The position numbers were made by a program, and so were the translations under genes. The notes under the pieces are model-generated. The model was not told the DNA's origin, made no database searches, and saw nothing but the letters and a program-made list of their open reading frames with translations. From Planctomycetota bacterium (GTDB lineage Bacteria > Planctomycetota > SZUA-567 > H5-PLA8), in NCBI GenBank assembly GCA_038227875.1, contig JBBRPR010000027.1:1-64000 (forward strand): 64,000 nucleotides of DNA, given 5' to 3'. Positions 38,474-48,266 of this stretch are shown here, in pieces. Numbering within the stretch: the first letter of the stretch is position 1; each line of letters opens with the position of its first letter.

Positions 38474-40015
38474 ATGCACACTGTGAGGATCATGACAATC
38501 ATTGCGGGCCCTTGGCCTAAGTTCCCATTAGTTTACGAGATTAACACACGTATCTGGCTGAATGAACTTTCGGCTCGCGCTAACCGCGGCCTGTTCCTGG
38601 ATCAGGTGCCCAACGAAGAACTCGAACGCATCGCGCGGCTGGGTTTTCACTGCATCTGGCTGATGGGCGTATGGACCACCAACGACGAAGCCATCCGCAT
38701 TTCGCGCACCGATCCGGACCTGCAGAAGGACTACAAGAAGGCGCTGCCCGACGTCGCGACTCAAGACATCATCGGCTCGCCGTACGCAGTGTCGAAATAC
38801 GAAGTCTCGCCGAAGCTCGGCGGCCGCCAGGCGCTGGCGGGCATTCGTGAAAAGATGGGCCGCTACGGTCTGCGCCTGATGCTCGACTTCGTTCCCAACC
38901 ATTTTTCACGCGACCATTGGTCCATCGCCGAACAACCCGATGTCCTCGTGCAGGGCACCGACGACGATCTGGCGCGCAATCCGAAAGCGTTTTTCAAATC
39001 GCCGTCTGGAAAAGTAATCGCCTGCGGCCGCGATCCCTATTTCCCCGCGTGGGAGGACACCGCGCAGATCAACTACGCTCAGGCCCCCGGCCGCGCGTTG
39101 ATGAGAAAGAAGCTGCTCGATGTCGCGTCCCAGTGCGATGGCGTGCGCTGCGACATGGCGATGCTGATCCTGCCGGAAATTCTCGAGCGGACGTGGGGCC
39201 CCAAGCTCGGACCCAATCCCAACAAGACCAGCTTCTGGAAGGAAACGATTCCCGAAGTGCTTAAGCAGGAGCCGCATTTCCTGTTCATGGCCGAAGCGTA
39301 CTGGGACCTGGAATGGCGGCTGCAGCAGGAAGGCTTCAATTTCACCTACGACAAGACGCTTTACGACCGCCTGCGCAAGAGCGATTTCAGCGGCGCGCGT
39401 CAGCATCTGCAGGGCGACAAGAGTTTCGAAGAGCGCTGCGCCCGCTTCATTGAAAATCACGACGAACCGCGCGCCGCCGCGAGTTTCGGGCCGGGCCGCG
39501 CACGCAGCGCCGCCGTCGCCACGTTTTTCGGGCCGGGACTGAAACTGTTTTACGAGGGCCAGCTCGAAGGCCGCAAAGTTCGCCCGCCCGTGCAGCTCGG
39601 CCGGCGCCCGCAGGAACCCGAAGACATCGAAACGGCCATCTTCTACGAGAAGATCCTCGACGTGCTTCACGATCCGATTTTCCAGGATGGCAACTTCGAA
39701 GTCCGCGACGCGCAGTCCGCCGGCTGGGGCGACGTCTCCAACGATGCCATCCTTGCGCTCTACTGGACGCCCTCCGCGCGCGCCACGCAGCGTTACATTG
39801 GCTACCTGATCGTCGTGAATTTGAATGGCCTGCGCGCCTACGGCCGCATCCCGCTGCCACAGAATACGTACCTCTCCGGCAAGCAGTACGTGTTCTACGA
39901 CCGCTACGACGCCAAGCGCTACGAACGCGACGGTAACGAACTCGCCTGGCCCGGCCTGTACGTCTCGCTCGAAGCACATCAGGCCCATCTGTTTGAGATC
40001 ACGGCCAAGGCGTAG
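38474..40015 (+). CDS. Alpha-amylase family (GH13) protein
   Basis: MLDFVPNH, DGVRCDMA, MAEAYW and FIENHDE. Confidence 0.9.
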   Translation: MHTVRIMTIIAGPWPKFPLVYEINTRIWLNELSARANRGLFLDQVPNEELERIARLGFHCIWLMGVWTTNDEAIRISRTDPDLQKDYKKALPDVATQDIIGSPYAVSKYEVSPKLGGRQALAGIREKMGRYGLRLMLDFVPNHFSRDHWSIAEQPDVLVQGTDDDLARNPKAFFKSPSGKVIACGRDPYFPAWEDTAQINYAQAPGRALMRKKLLDVASQCDGVRCDMAMLILPEILERTWGPKLGPNPNKTSFWKETIPEVLKQEPHFLFMAEAYWDLEWRLQQEGFNFTYDKTLYDRLRKSDFSGARQHLQGDKSFEERCARFIENHDEPRAAASFGPGRARSAAVATFFGPGLKLFYEGQLEGRKVRPPVQLGRRPQEPEDIETAIFYEKILDVLHDPIFQDGNFEVRDAQSAGWGDVSNDAILALYWTPSARATQRYIGYLIVVNLNGLRAYGRIPLPQNTYLSGKQYVFYDRYDAKRYERDGNELAWPGLYVSLEAHQAHLFEITAKA

Positions 40016-40026
40016 TGCTCAACAGA

Positions 40027-40194
40027 GTCATCGGTCATTTTTCAGTGGTCATCGGTCATTTGTCATTTGAACGGCAACAGCGCTCTCGTCTATCGCGAGA
40101 GCGGCTTGAATTCAGCACACGCTTTGAGAAGATCAAGTCTTCGTGAGTCCCAATCCGCGACAGCGCCAATGAAACATGACCGATGACCAATGAC
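40027..40194. repeat. Host GGTCAT(T/C) heptamer repeat cluster in inverted arrangement; matches the element att core
   Basis: 40028-40044 equals 10287-10303. 40046-40061 equals 4-19. The reverse complement of 40176-40192 equals 1-17. Confidence 0.85.
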
Positions 40195-41328
40195 TCCGTT
40201 CCCGATCTTCTCATCATTGGCGGTGGCGTCATTGGCCTGAGTCTGGCCGACCGCGCGTTGCGCGATGGGTTGCGCGTGAAGGTGCTCGATAAGTCCACGC
40301 CCGGCCGCGAGTCGTCGTGGGCTGGGGCGGGGATGATCACGTGCCGGCCGCGGCCGCGCGTGCGCGAAGGCATTCCGGATTATCACGATCTCACGCTGCT
40401 GGCGGCGAAGCTCTACCCGGAATGGACCGCGCGGCTGCAGGCGGAGACGGGCATCGACACGGGCTACCGCGTCTCCGGCGCGCTGGAGTTACTGCCGCAG
40501 ACGCTGCTTGATGAAGAGGAACAGAACGTCGCGTCGCTGATCGCGGGAGGCCGTGAACGCGGCATGCCGGCCCGGCGCATCGACCAACTGGAGCTGCGCC
40601 AGCGCGAACCGGGATTGAACGCGGAGATCTTCAGCGGCGCCGTGGAGTACACCACGGAAAGCCAGATCCGAAGTCCGTGGCTGGTCGGCGCGCTGCTGTC
40701 CAGCATCCAGAAGCGCGGCGGGAGCGTCGAGCCGGAGGCTGCCGTCGCCGACGTGACGCTGAGCACCGACGGTTCGCGTGCGACCGGCGTGGTGCTGAAG
40801 TCGGGTCGGGAACTACCGGCCGGCGCGGTGGCCGTCTGTTCCGGCGCGTGGGCCGCGGAACTGCCGGCGCTGGTGAAACTCGCGCCGGCCTGCGGCAAAG
40901 TTCATCCGGTGAAGGGCCAGTTGCTCTGCTACAACGCCGACCCGAAACTCGCCCGGCGCGTGATGACCTGCGACAAGAATTACATCGTGCCGCGCGGCGA
41001 CGGCATTTATCTGATCGGCGCGACGCACGAATTATCCGGCTTCGAAAAGACGCCGACCGAAGCCGGCCGCGAGCAGTTGACAAAGTTTGCGCACGCGCTG
41101 CTCCCCGGACTGAAGAATTTTGCCCCGATCAAAACCTGGGCAGGCTTGCGCCCCGGCATCAAAGGCAAACACCCGCTGCTGGGCGAAGTGCGGAGCACCC
41201 AGCGCCTGTTCGTCGCCTGCGGCCACTACCGTAATGGCCTGACCCTAGCTCCCGCGACGGCGGAGCTGCTCAACGCTGCGATCCAAGGTCGCGAGACTGC
41301 CGTGGGGATTGAGGCGTGGCGGGTGTAG
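40183..41328 (+). CDS. thiO: Glycine oxidase ThiO-like FAD oxidoreductase
   Basis: IIGGGVIG, SSWAGAGM, PVKGQ, WAGLRP and GHYRNGLTLAP. Confidence 0.8.
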   Translation: MTNDSVPDLLIIGGGVIGLSLADRALRDGLRVKVLDKSTPGRESSWAGAGMITCRPRPRVREGIPDYHDLTLLAAKLYPEWTARLQAETGIDTGYRVSGALELLPQTLLDEEEQNVASLIAGGRERGMPARRIDQLELRQREPGLNAEIFSGAVEYTTESQIRSPWLVGALLSSIQKRGGSVEPEAAVADVTLSTDGSRATGVVLKSGRELPAGAVAVCSGAWAAELPALVKLAPACGKVHPVKGQLLCYNADPKLARRVMTCDKNYIVPRGDGIYLIGATHELSGFEKTPTEAGREQLTKFAHALLPGLKNFAPIKTWAGLRPGIKGKHPLLGEVRSTQRLFVACGHYRNGLTLAPATAELLNAAIQGRETAVGIEAWRV

Positions 41329-41335
41329 CGGATAG

Positions 41336-41764
41336 TTATTGCGTTGGAACCCAAGGCGTGCCGTCTTCATTCAAATAGTCCGGTCCCACTGACATATGAA
41401 TCCAGAAGTTTCCAAGATCACAGGTAAGAAGCTCATCTGGCGGACCGAGATACCCCGGCGCACCAAAACTACTCATTATGAATTTGGGCGGCGGGCGAAG
41501 TTTTGCGATTACCCTGAGTAGATTTGCCGTAACAGTTCGACCGCGAGCGTATGAAAAGAGACGCATGCGCTGAGGCGACGTAGTTCCCATCTCAATGTAG
41601 AGTGTATTTTGAGGCTTTTGAAAACCGAATTCCTCCACCTTCGATTGAAGTAGTTTTTTCTGTTCGAAGGAATAGCTTGGAAAATGGGTGGTTATTGCTC
41701 CAATGAGAGTAATTAGAGCGACGATGATTTGTCTGCCCTTCTTCAGCGCTGGAATATCGCTCAT
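41336..41764 (-). CDS. Hypothetical membrane-anchored protein
   Basis: 142 aa with an N-terminal hydrophobic helix. ATGA-coupled to the upstream gene. Confidence 0.6.
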   Translation of the reverse strand: MSDIPALKKGRQIIVALITLIGAITTHFPSYSFEQKKLLQSKVEEFGFQKPQNTLYIEMGTTSPQRMRLFSYARGRTVTANLLRVIAKLRPPPKFIMSSFGAPGYLGPPDELLTCDLGNFWIHMSVGPDYLNEDGTPWVPTQ

Positions 41765-42729
41765 TGTGTCGGCACCCAGTTTGTATCGGGATCGAATTCG
41801 GTCGTTGCCGCAGCGACGAAGGGTGTGTTTGGACCGAGATCGCGCTCAAAGATGGTTCCGTTCTGATTGATGATGTAGCAAACTCGCCCGGTTTCAGTGT
41901 ATTTGGATGGAATCGCAATTAGCGCGTATCCAAGCGTCATTTTGCCGCTGGCATCAATATACGAACGGCGTCCGCCTGGAGCACTGGGGCCTTGGGCCGT
42001 GAGTACTTTGAAATAATATCCTGCCTTGGGTTGCATTTTTGAGCCGCCAATCTCCGCGTGCGCGAGCGACGAATCAATGAGCGATAATTTGCCCTTGTCG
42101 CCCCATAAAATATTCAGAGAGGTGGCATATTGGATGCCCGTTTCGGAATAATCGGTGCGATGATAAACTTCCTGTGCTTCCGCGAAAGCGCTGCAATCCC
42201 ATGAAGGTCCTCCACAACTGCACGCATATCGCCTCAGCAACAGAGGTGGCGCGATTGTGCATAGTATTTCACCATACATTGCAATGGATACGAGAAAGAG
42301 TGGTAGCTGAGGAACATTGCGGGAGCCGTCCACGCGAGATCGGAGCCTGATCGTGTATCCTAACAAGACGAAGAGCGGAAGCCCCAAGAGAACAACCTTG
42401 AATGCGCGTTCGTGCCAGCCGGTGGAAACAGCGTGTGTGATCACCACTATCCAGAACGTCAGCATCCAACCCGTAAGGATGCCCCCGATAAACCACATTT
42501 TCCGATTCGAACACCCCGATGAACAGGCGATCAAACCTATTAAAGCACCGACTCCTGTTCCAAGTATGACAATTAAGCACGCGAGTATTCGGGAGTCCTT
42601 ACTAACGGTAGGTTCATAGAGCGCCATGCCAAGAAATGTCATCGCCACGAATAGCAGTAATTCCGCCAGTGTGAATTGCAGCCGTGCACGTTTGTTCTTA
42701 ATAGGTAGCGAGTCGACATTATTTGTCAT
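41761..42729 (-). CDS. Multi-TM protein with DUF2950-like C-terminal domain
   Basis: GYYFKVLTAQGPSAPGG, GYALIAIP..Y..TG, NGTIFERDLG and FDPD..W. Confidence 0.75.
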   Translation of the reverse strand: MTNNVDSLPIKNKRARLQFTLAELLLFVAMTFLGMALYEPTVSKDSRILACLIVILGTGVGALIGLIACSSGCSNRKMWFIGGILTGWMLTFWIVVITHAVSTGWHERAFKVVLLGLPLFVLLGYTIRLRSRVDGSRNVPQLPLFLVSIAMYGEILCTIAPPLLLRRYACSCGGPSWDCSAFAEAQEVYHRTDYSETGIQYATSLNILWGDKGKLSLIDSSLAHAEIGGSKMQPKAGYYFKVLTAQGPSAPGGRRSYIDASGKMTLGYALIAIPSKYTETGRVCYIINQNGTIFERDLGPNTPFVAAATTEFDPDTNWVPTQ

Positions 42730-42812
42730 GACAATTAGTTATTAACAAATGCGTTGCCAAACCGGAGGCAGTGCCTTGGCAGGAGTGAAAGATATCGGTA
42801 GATTGGTGAACC

Positions 42813-43490
42813 ATGGCAAGAACCTTGGAAGAATTGATCGAAACAAACGATCCCGCGTGGCCCGTCCTACAGGAGTGGATCGCGACCGCCGAAGTGCCGG
42901 TCGAAGTACTCCCTCCGGATTTAGGGGCGCGCGAGACGTGTTTGCTGGAGATACAAGTAACCACACGCAGTCCCATGGGCGCGGTCGTCTATGAAACCGG
43001 CGGGCTGCTCATTGATCATGGCTGGCTCCGCGTTCTCGGTTCCGGTCATCCTCGTTTCCCGCGCACACTTCCCGGTTGGAACGCTTTCGCGCGCAAAGAA
43101 TTGGAGGCGGATGATCCCGGATTCCTCTTTATTGCCGACGATGTTTTGGGCGGCTTCTTTGCATTGGATTGTGGCGGGTTGGGTGACGCTAAGGGCGAAG
43201 TGTTCTACTTTGGACCTGATACGTTGCGATGGGAAAATCTGGAGGTGAAATACAGTGCCTTCCTTCAGCAGATGATGAGCGCATCATTACAAAAATTCTA
43301 CTCAAACGTGCGGTGGGATGGTTGGGAAACGGAAGTATCCAGCGTTCAAGGCGCGCGATCAATCATGATGTATCCATTTCTTTGGACCACGGAAGGTAAA
43401 GATCCGTCGAAAAATAAACGATCAACCGTTCCAATCACTGAAACGTTTGGATTGCACCTCATTGAATTTCCTAAACAATTGGGCTCCTGA
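42813..43490 (+). CDS. DUF2625-like protein
   Basis: TTRSPMGAVVYETGGLLIDHGWLRVLGSG and ADDVLGGFFA. Confidence 0.8.
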   Translation: MARTLEELIETNDPAWPVLQEWIATAEVPVEVLPPDLGARETCLLEIQVTTRSPMGAVVYETGGLLIDHGWLRVLGSGHPRFPRTLPGWNAFARKELEADDPGFLFIADDVLGGFFALDCGGLGDAKGEVFYFGPDTLRWENLEVKYSAFLQQMMSASLQKFYSNVRWDGWETEVSSVQGARSIMMYPFLWTTEGKDPSKNKRSTVPITETFGLHLIEFPKQLGS

Positions 43491-43724
43491 ATGCTCTGGA
43501 GTTACGCATTCCCACGGCTCACGCCGTGGGCTACTTTATTTCGCCACTCCGTGGCAAATGATGGATTGTTTTCTCGGAGTTAATCGCGATTCCACTGCGA
43601 TCGCACTGGCAAGGCCGGAGTTTCGCTTCGCTCAAATCCATCCGTGCCAGTGGTACCAGGATCTCTCGGTAAAGCGGTGACTCTCCGCTCCCAAGAGCCA
43701 CGAGCTAACAGCCAAGAGCCGCCG

Positions 43725-45236
43725 CTACGCACCGACCATTGCGCGGCCTACCGCTTCCTTTGCCACGCCGCGGGGGCCGACTTCTTTGATCTTGCCGCGG
43801 TAGAGGACGCTGACGCGGTCAGAAAGCAGGAGGATTTCGTCGAGGTCGGAGGAGATCAGTAACACGCCGGCTTGCTGTTCGCGCGCGGCGGTGAGCAGAC
43901 GCTGATGCACGTCGCCGGTGGCCCCGACGTCCAGGCCGCGCGTCGGATTGCAGGCGACGATCAGCGCGGGGGCGCAGGAGAGTTCGCGGGCGATCACGAC
44001 TTTCTGCTGGTTGCCGCCGCTGAGTGAACGCGCGGGAAGATCGGGCTCCGGCGGGACGGCGCCGTAGTCGCGGAGCAGCTCGGCACCGCGCGAGGTCATC
44101 GCGGCGTGATCGAGAATCGCGACGCTGGCAAAGTTGCGCGTCAGTTGCTTGCGCGCGAACAGATTTTCGCTCAGCGAAAAATCGAGCACCAGGCCCTCGT
44201 GATGGCGGTCGGACGGAATGTACGCCAGCCCCGCGTCGCTGCGCGATTTTACGGAGAGCGCGGCCAGCGGTTGGCTGCGCATGTCGATCGCGGCACTGGA
44301 GTCAAGTGGGTGAGGAAGCGTGCCGGCGATCGCGGCGGCGAGTTCCTCCTGGCCGTTGCCTTCGACGCCGGCGATGCCCAGAATCTCTCCGGGGCGGATT
44401 TCGAGCTGATCGATGTCGAGTACCCCAGGAAGGCGCAGGTTGCGGACGGAGAGCACCGGTGCCGTGTTCGGCGAGACGGATTGCGTGGCGACTGGCGTGG
44501 TCGGCAGCGCGCGTCCGATCATCTTTTCAGCGAGGGTCGCGGGCGTCAGGTCGCTGAGCATGCCGGAGAAAACCGTCTTTCCCCGGCGCAGCACGGTCGT
44601 GGCGCTGGCCAGCGCGAAGACTTCGTCGAGCTTGTGGGTGACGACGACGATGGTGCGGCCGGCGGCGCGCAGACCGCGGAGCGTTTCAAAAAGCGTCGCC
44701 ACTTCCGGCGGAGCGAGCACGGCGGTCGGTTCGTCGAGGAGCAGAATTTTGGCACCGCGGCCGAGCGCCTTTAAGATCTCGACGCGCTGCCGCAGGCCGA
44801 CGGGCAGGTCGGCGACGCGCGCGGCCGGATCGATCGCCAGGCCCGTCTGCTGCGCGAGCTCGGCGACGTGCTTTTCCGCGGTGCGCCGGTCGAAGCGCAG
44901 ACCCAGCGGACTGGCGCGGATGCCCAGCGCCACGTTCTCGGCGACGGTGAGCGCATCGGCGAGGAGGAAATGTTGATGAACCACACCGATGCCGGCGGCG
45001 ACGGCATCCAGCGGCGAGGAGAAATTCGCGGTCGTGCCGAAGACGCTGCAGGTGCCGGCGTCGGGCTGGAGCAATCCCGAGACGATGCCCAGCAGCGTCG
45101 ACTTTCCGGCTCCGTTCTCGCCGACGAGCGCGTGAATCTGCGCGACTTCGACGCGCAAACTGGCGTCGTCGAGCGCCGTGTTGCTGCCGAAGCGCTTGGT
45201 GATGCCGGTGCAGACGAGTGCGGGCGCGTCGCTCAT
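43725..45236 (-). CDS. Sugar/nucleoside ABC transporter ATP-binding protein (two NBDs)
   Basis: GENGAGKST, LLLDEPT and LSGGNQQK. Confidence 0.93.
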   Translation of the reverse strand: MSDAPALVCTGITKRFGSNTALDDASLRVEVAQIHALVGENGAGKSTLLGIVSGLLQPDAGTCSVFGTTANFSSPLDAVAAGIGVVHQHFLLADALTVAENVALGIRASPLGLRFDRRTAEKHVAELAQQTGLAIDPAARVADLPVGLRQRVEILKALGRGAKILLLDEPTAVLAPPEVATLFETLRGLRAAGRTIVVVTHKLDEVFALASATTVLRRGKTVFSGMLSDLTPATLAEKMIGRALPTTPVATQSVSPNTAPVLSVRNLRLPGVLDIDQLEIRPGEILGIAGVEGNGQEELAAAIAGTLPHPLDSSAAIDMRSQPLAALSVKSRSDAGLAYIPSDRHHEGLVLDFSLSENLFARKQLTRNFASVAILDHAAMTSRGAELLRDYGAVPPEPDLPARSLSGGNQQKVVIARELSCAPALIVACNPTRGLDVGATGDVHQRLLTAAREQQAGVLLISSDLDEILLLSDRVSVLYRGKIKEVGPRGVAKEAVGRAMVGA

Positions 45237-46168
45237 TCGTTGCGCCGTTCATTCAAAACCGCGTTGGCGACGCTGCGCGGTAAGTAAATGTAGCCTTCGT
45301 CGGCGGCCTGTTCGGCATTCCAGCGTTTCAATTTATACTGCTCGATCATGAACTCGACGAGGCGCTCTTTGTGCCAGGGTTTCGACCAGACGACAGCCTG
45401 ATCGAATTCCTTCTGCTGGAGCGCCGTGTCACCGGCGTCACCCGCCAGCGCGCCCATGTGAAGATGATAGTACGGGCTGAAGATCGTCCAGCGCGCGGCG
45501 GCCACCACGCTTCCCAGCAGGACCGCGACGGTCAGTACAAGCGGAAGCGCGAGTCGTCGCTGCTTTCTCCAGATTTCAAAGAAGCCGCCGATGATCAGTC
45601 CGAAAACCAGTCCCCCGAGATGGCCCCAGTTGTCGACATTGCCCAACATTCCGCACACGCCGGCGAGGTACATCAGGACGATCCAGAACGTATGCCCACG
45701 GACTTCCGAATTGCGGTACGCGTACTTGAGCACCGGTACGCGCAGAATCGTCAGGGCCAGCAGCGCGCCCATCACGCCAAAAAGGCTGGTCGATGCGCCG
45801 ATGGAATGATGGCCGCCGAAAATCTGGCTGAAGGCGATTCCTCCCACGCCGCTGAGCAGATAGAGCGTGCCGTAGTTTGCATGGCCGTACTGGACCTCCG
45901 TCGCCGGGCCGTAGCGGTAGAGGGCGATGGTGTTCAGGGCGATGTGCCAGAATCCGCCGTGCAGAAACATCGGCATGATCATGCGGAACCATTCGCCCTG
46001 CCAGACGCGTTCGCGAACACTCATGCCCAGGCCGAGCAGTACGTCACTGTTGACCGTGCCGAGATTTCCAGAGGCGATGCCGCAGTAAATGAAAAGCAGA
46101 ATGTTGACGCTCAGCAGCAGCATCGCAACGGGCGCGATAGCGAACAGATCGGCGTTGCGCGAATTCAT
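45233..46168 (-). CDS. Rhomboid intramembrane serine protease
   Basis: GEWFR, FLHGGFWHI..N, GAS and HLGG. Confidence 0.9.
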   Translation of the reverse strand: MNSRNADLFAIAPVAMLLLSVNILLFIYCGIASGNLGTVNSDVLLGLGMSVRERVWQGEWFRMIMPMFLHGGFWHIALNTIALYRYGPATEVQYGHANYGTLYLLSGVGGIAFSQIFGGHHSIGASTSLFGVMGALLALTILRVPVLKYAYRNSEVRGHTFWIVLMYLAGVCGMLGNVDNWGHLGGLVFGLIIGGFFEIWRKQRRLALPLVLTVAVLLGSVVAAARWTIFSPYYHLHMGALAGDAGDTALQQKEFDQAVVWSKPWHKERLVEFMIEQYKLKRWNAEQAADEGYIYLPRSVANAVLNERRNE

Positions 46169-46827
46169 TTTCGGCGCGCATCCCGCAGGCGCTGCGCGGC
46201 GGCAACCTTCAGCCCGGCCAGCCAGATCGGAAACGACGCCAGAAGACCAAACAGACTGCAGTACAGCCATGCGTTGGCGTTGACAGCGGCGTTGGCTATC
46301 TCCATTGTTATTTCCGGCTGCCCGGGTTGGATGTGCTTGTTGATCTCGGTCAGCATTTCAGGGCTAATTCTGAAGACGTAGCCCAGTTGCGAGAGCAGCG
46401 GCATTGACAACGCGACCGTCAATCCCGCCGCCAGAAAAACGGTGAACGGGCCCGTGCGCATTTGCATGCGGCTGAAGGTCAGGCCGGCAATGAGCACGAT
46501 ATCGAAGACGACGGCGAATCCCGCGATGTCCTCCTGGCCGAGCATCATCACCATCAAAAAAATCATCCACGACGTCGTGGCCATCACCGCGAAACGCGCG
46601 ATGGAGCGCCAGATCGCGTCGGGTTCGGCCGGAGCACGGGGCCTGGGATTGAGGCGCGCGGGTGAAAATTCCTGGCCCGGCTCGCTGGGCGTCATCTCCA
46701 CAGGCTGGGATGTTTGCGGAATGACGTTGCCCGTGCGGCATTCGGGACAATTCACGTGCTGACCCGCGAACTGGTCCTGCGCAAACATTTTCTTCCCGCA
46801 TTTGGAGCATGTAAAATGGATTGGCAT
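46165..46827 (-). CDS. Zinc-ribbon membrane protein
   Basis: MPIHFTCSKCG...CPEC followed by four TM helices. Confidence 0.8.
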   Translation of the reverse strand: MPIHFTCSKCGKKMFAQDQFAGQHVNCPECRTGNVIPQTSQPVEMTPSEPGQEFSPARLNPRPRAPAEPDAIWRSIARFAVMATTSWMIFLMVMMLGQEDIAGFAVVFDIVLIAGLTFSRMQMRTGPFTVFLAAGLTVALSMPLLSQLGYVFRISPEMLTEINKHIQPGQPEITMEIANAAVNANAWLYCSLFGLLASFPIWLAGLKVAAAQRLRDARRK

Positions 46828-46946
46828 TGGATACGTGGGTCTCACCCGGAGTTGGACTTCCGCTTCATTATCTGCGGCGGGTGCGGCGTGTCGAGTGGGG
46901 ATGCTTGTTGGAGGTGTGGAACCTGGGGACGAATTCGTCTCCAGGT

Positions 46947-48266
46947 CTATTTGCGTCCGAAGACGAACACTTCCATGTGGCGCAGCGATTTGACCGCGAG
47001 ATCGGCGAGATTGGCCAGGCCGATGGCGCTGAGTTCTCCCTTGTCCAGCGCGGCCGCGTTGTCCTTGTACGCGAAGGCGATGTCGACCCACGGCGCGCCG
47101 GTCTGCCTGCTGGCCGTCGCGGCGGCGGAATAGAGTCGATCGAGATTGGTGCGGTCCTTGGCGATGGAGGTCATTCCCGGCGGCGCGTTGCAGACGATCG
47201 GAATCACGCCGCTTTCCAGGGCGCGCTCCTGGATCACGCGGATCGTTTCGCTGCCCGGCGTGACTCCGTCGGCGACATCCGAATGGCCCAGCACCAGCAG
47301 CGCCATTTCCGCTTCGCTTTTTTGAAGATTATACTGGAGCAGCGTGTGCATGTCCTCCAGACCGGTGACGGGCGAACCGTCGGGAGCTTCGGCGAAGACA
47401 AAGCGGAATTCGGATTTGGCTTTCGTCTGCGCGGCGGTGAGCGCAGCTTTCAGCGGCTCGACGTCTTCCGTGCGCGACGCGAGCACCAGCACGGTCTTGG
47501 CCTTGCGCTTGCCGCGGGGAGACTTGATGGCGTTCTGCAGCGCTTCCTGTCCAATGTAGTTGAACGAATATCCATCGCGTGGGGCCATGCGGAAGACTTC
47601 GCTGCGCTTGTTTTCCACGGCCAGCAGGCGCGGCAGGACTTCGGGCGGCCGGAGGCCGTTAATGATCACAAATTCGTCGATGTAGACGGCAGTCTGCTTC
47701 GGTGTGTTCGGTTTAAACGCCACGCGGATCTGATTCAGAACTCCGGTTTCCCTCATGATCTGATGGCCGTTGTACAGTTCGGCGAGATCCATGCTGATCG
47801 TCGTCCACGTCTGCGCTTTGCCGACGGAAGTAGTCTCCGAAAACCAGCCCTTGTCGTCGCCCATGCTGGTGACGACTTTTCCGGTGGCCTCGGCCCAGAT
47901 CATGAACTGCAGTTTCACGTCCGACGGGCGCAGCCCGCCCATTAGATGGAACGGACCCAGGCCGGAGATGTTGGCTTCGCCGCGGGTGCTCTGTTCTTTT
48001 TCTTCGAAGGCGGCGAGCTTGAGGGCGTGCGAGCCGGGTGTCTGCACGACTTTGTCCTGAATCGTGCCGATGTTCCAGATGCCCGGGCCTTCGCCTTCGA
48101 AGGATTCAAAATAAAGGACCTCGGGTATTTCCTTGTACGGGCGCCACGGTTTGGGCGGATCCTTTTTCACAGGCGGATCGTCGGGCGGCGGTGTCGCTCC
48201 GAAGACAGATAAGGGGAGCGCGGTCAGCGCCAGGAGAATCGCGGCGAGCAGGCGGCGCGGCATCAT
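46947..48266 (-). CDS. Secreted protein, CBM-like N-domain + SGNH-like C-domain
   Basis: Signal peptide; YFESFEG..VYIDEF jelly-roll pattern; alpha/beta C-terminal domain. Confidence 0.6.
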   Translation of the reverse strand: MMPRRLLAAILLALTALPLSVFGATPPPDDPPVKKDPPKPWRPYKEIPEVLYFESFEGEGPGIWNIGTIQDKVVQTPGSHALKLAAFEEKEQSTRGEANISGLGPFHLMGGLRPSDVKLQFMIWAEATGKVVTSMGDDKGWFSETTSVGKAQTWTTISMDLAELYNGHQIMRETGVLNQIRVAFKPNTPKQTAVYIDEFVIINGLRPPEVLPRLLAVENKRSEVFRMAPRDGYSFNYIGQEALQNAIKSPRGKRKAKTVLVLASRTEDVEPLKAALTAAQTKAKSEFRFVFAEAPDGSPVTGLEDMHTLLQYNLQKSEAEMALLVLGHSDVADGVTPGSETIRVIQERALESGVIPIVCNAPPGMTSIAKDRTNLDRLYSAAATASRQTGAPWVDIAFAYKDNAAALDKGELSAIGLANLADLAVKSLRHMEVFVFGRK

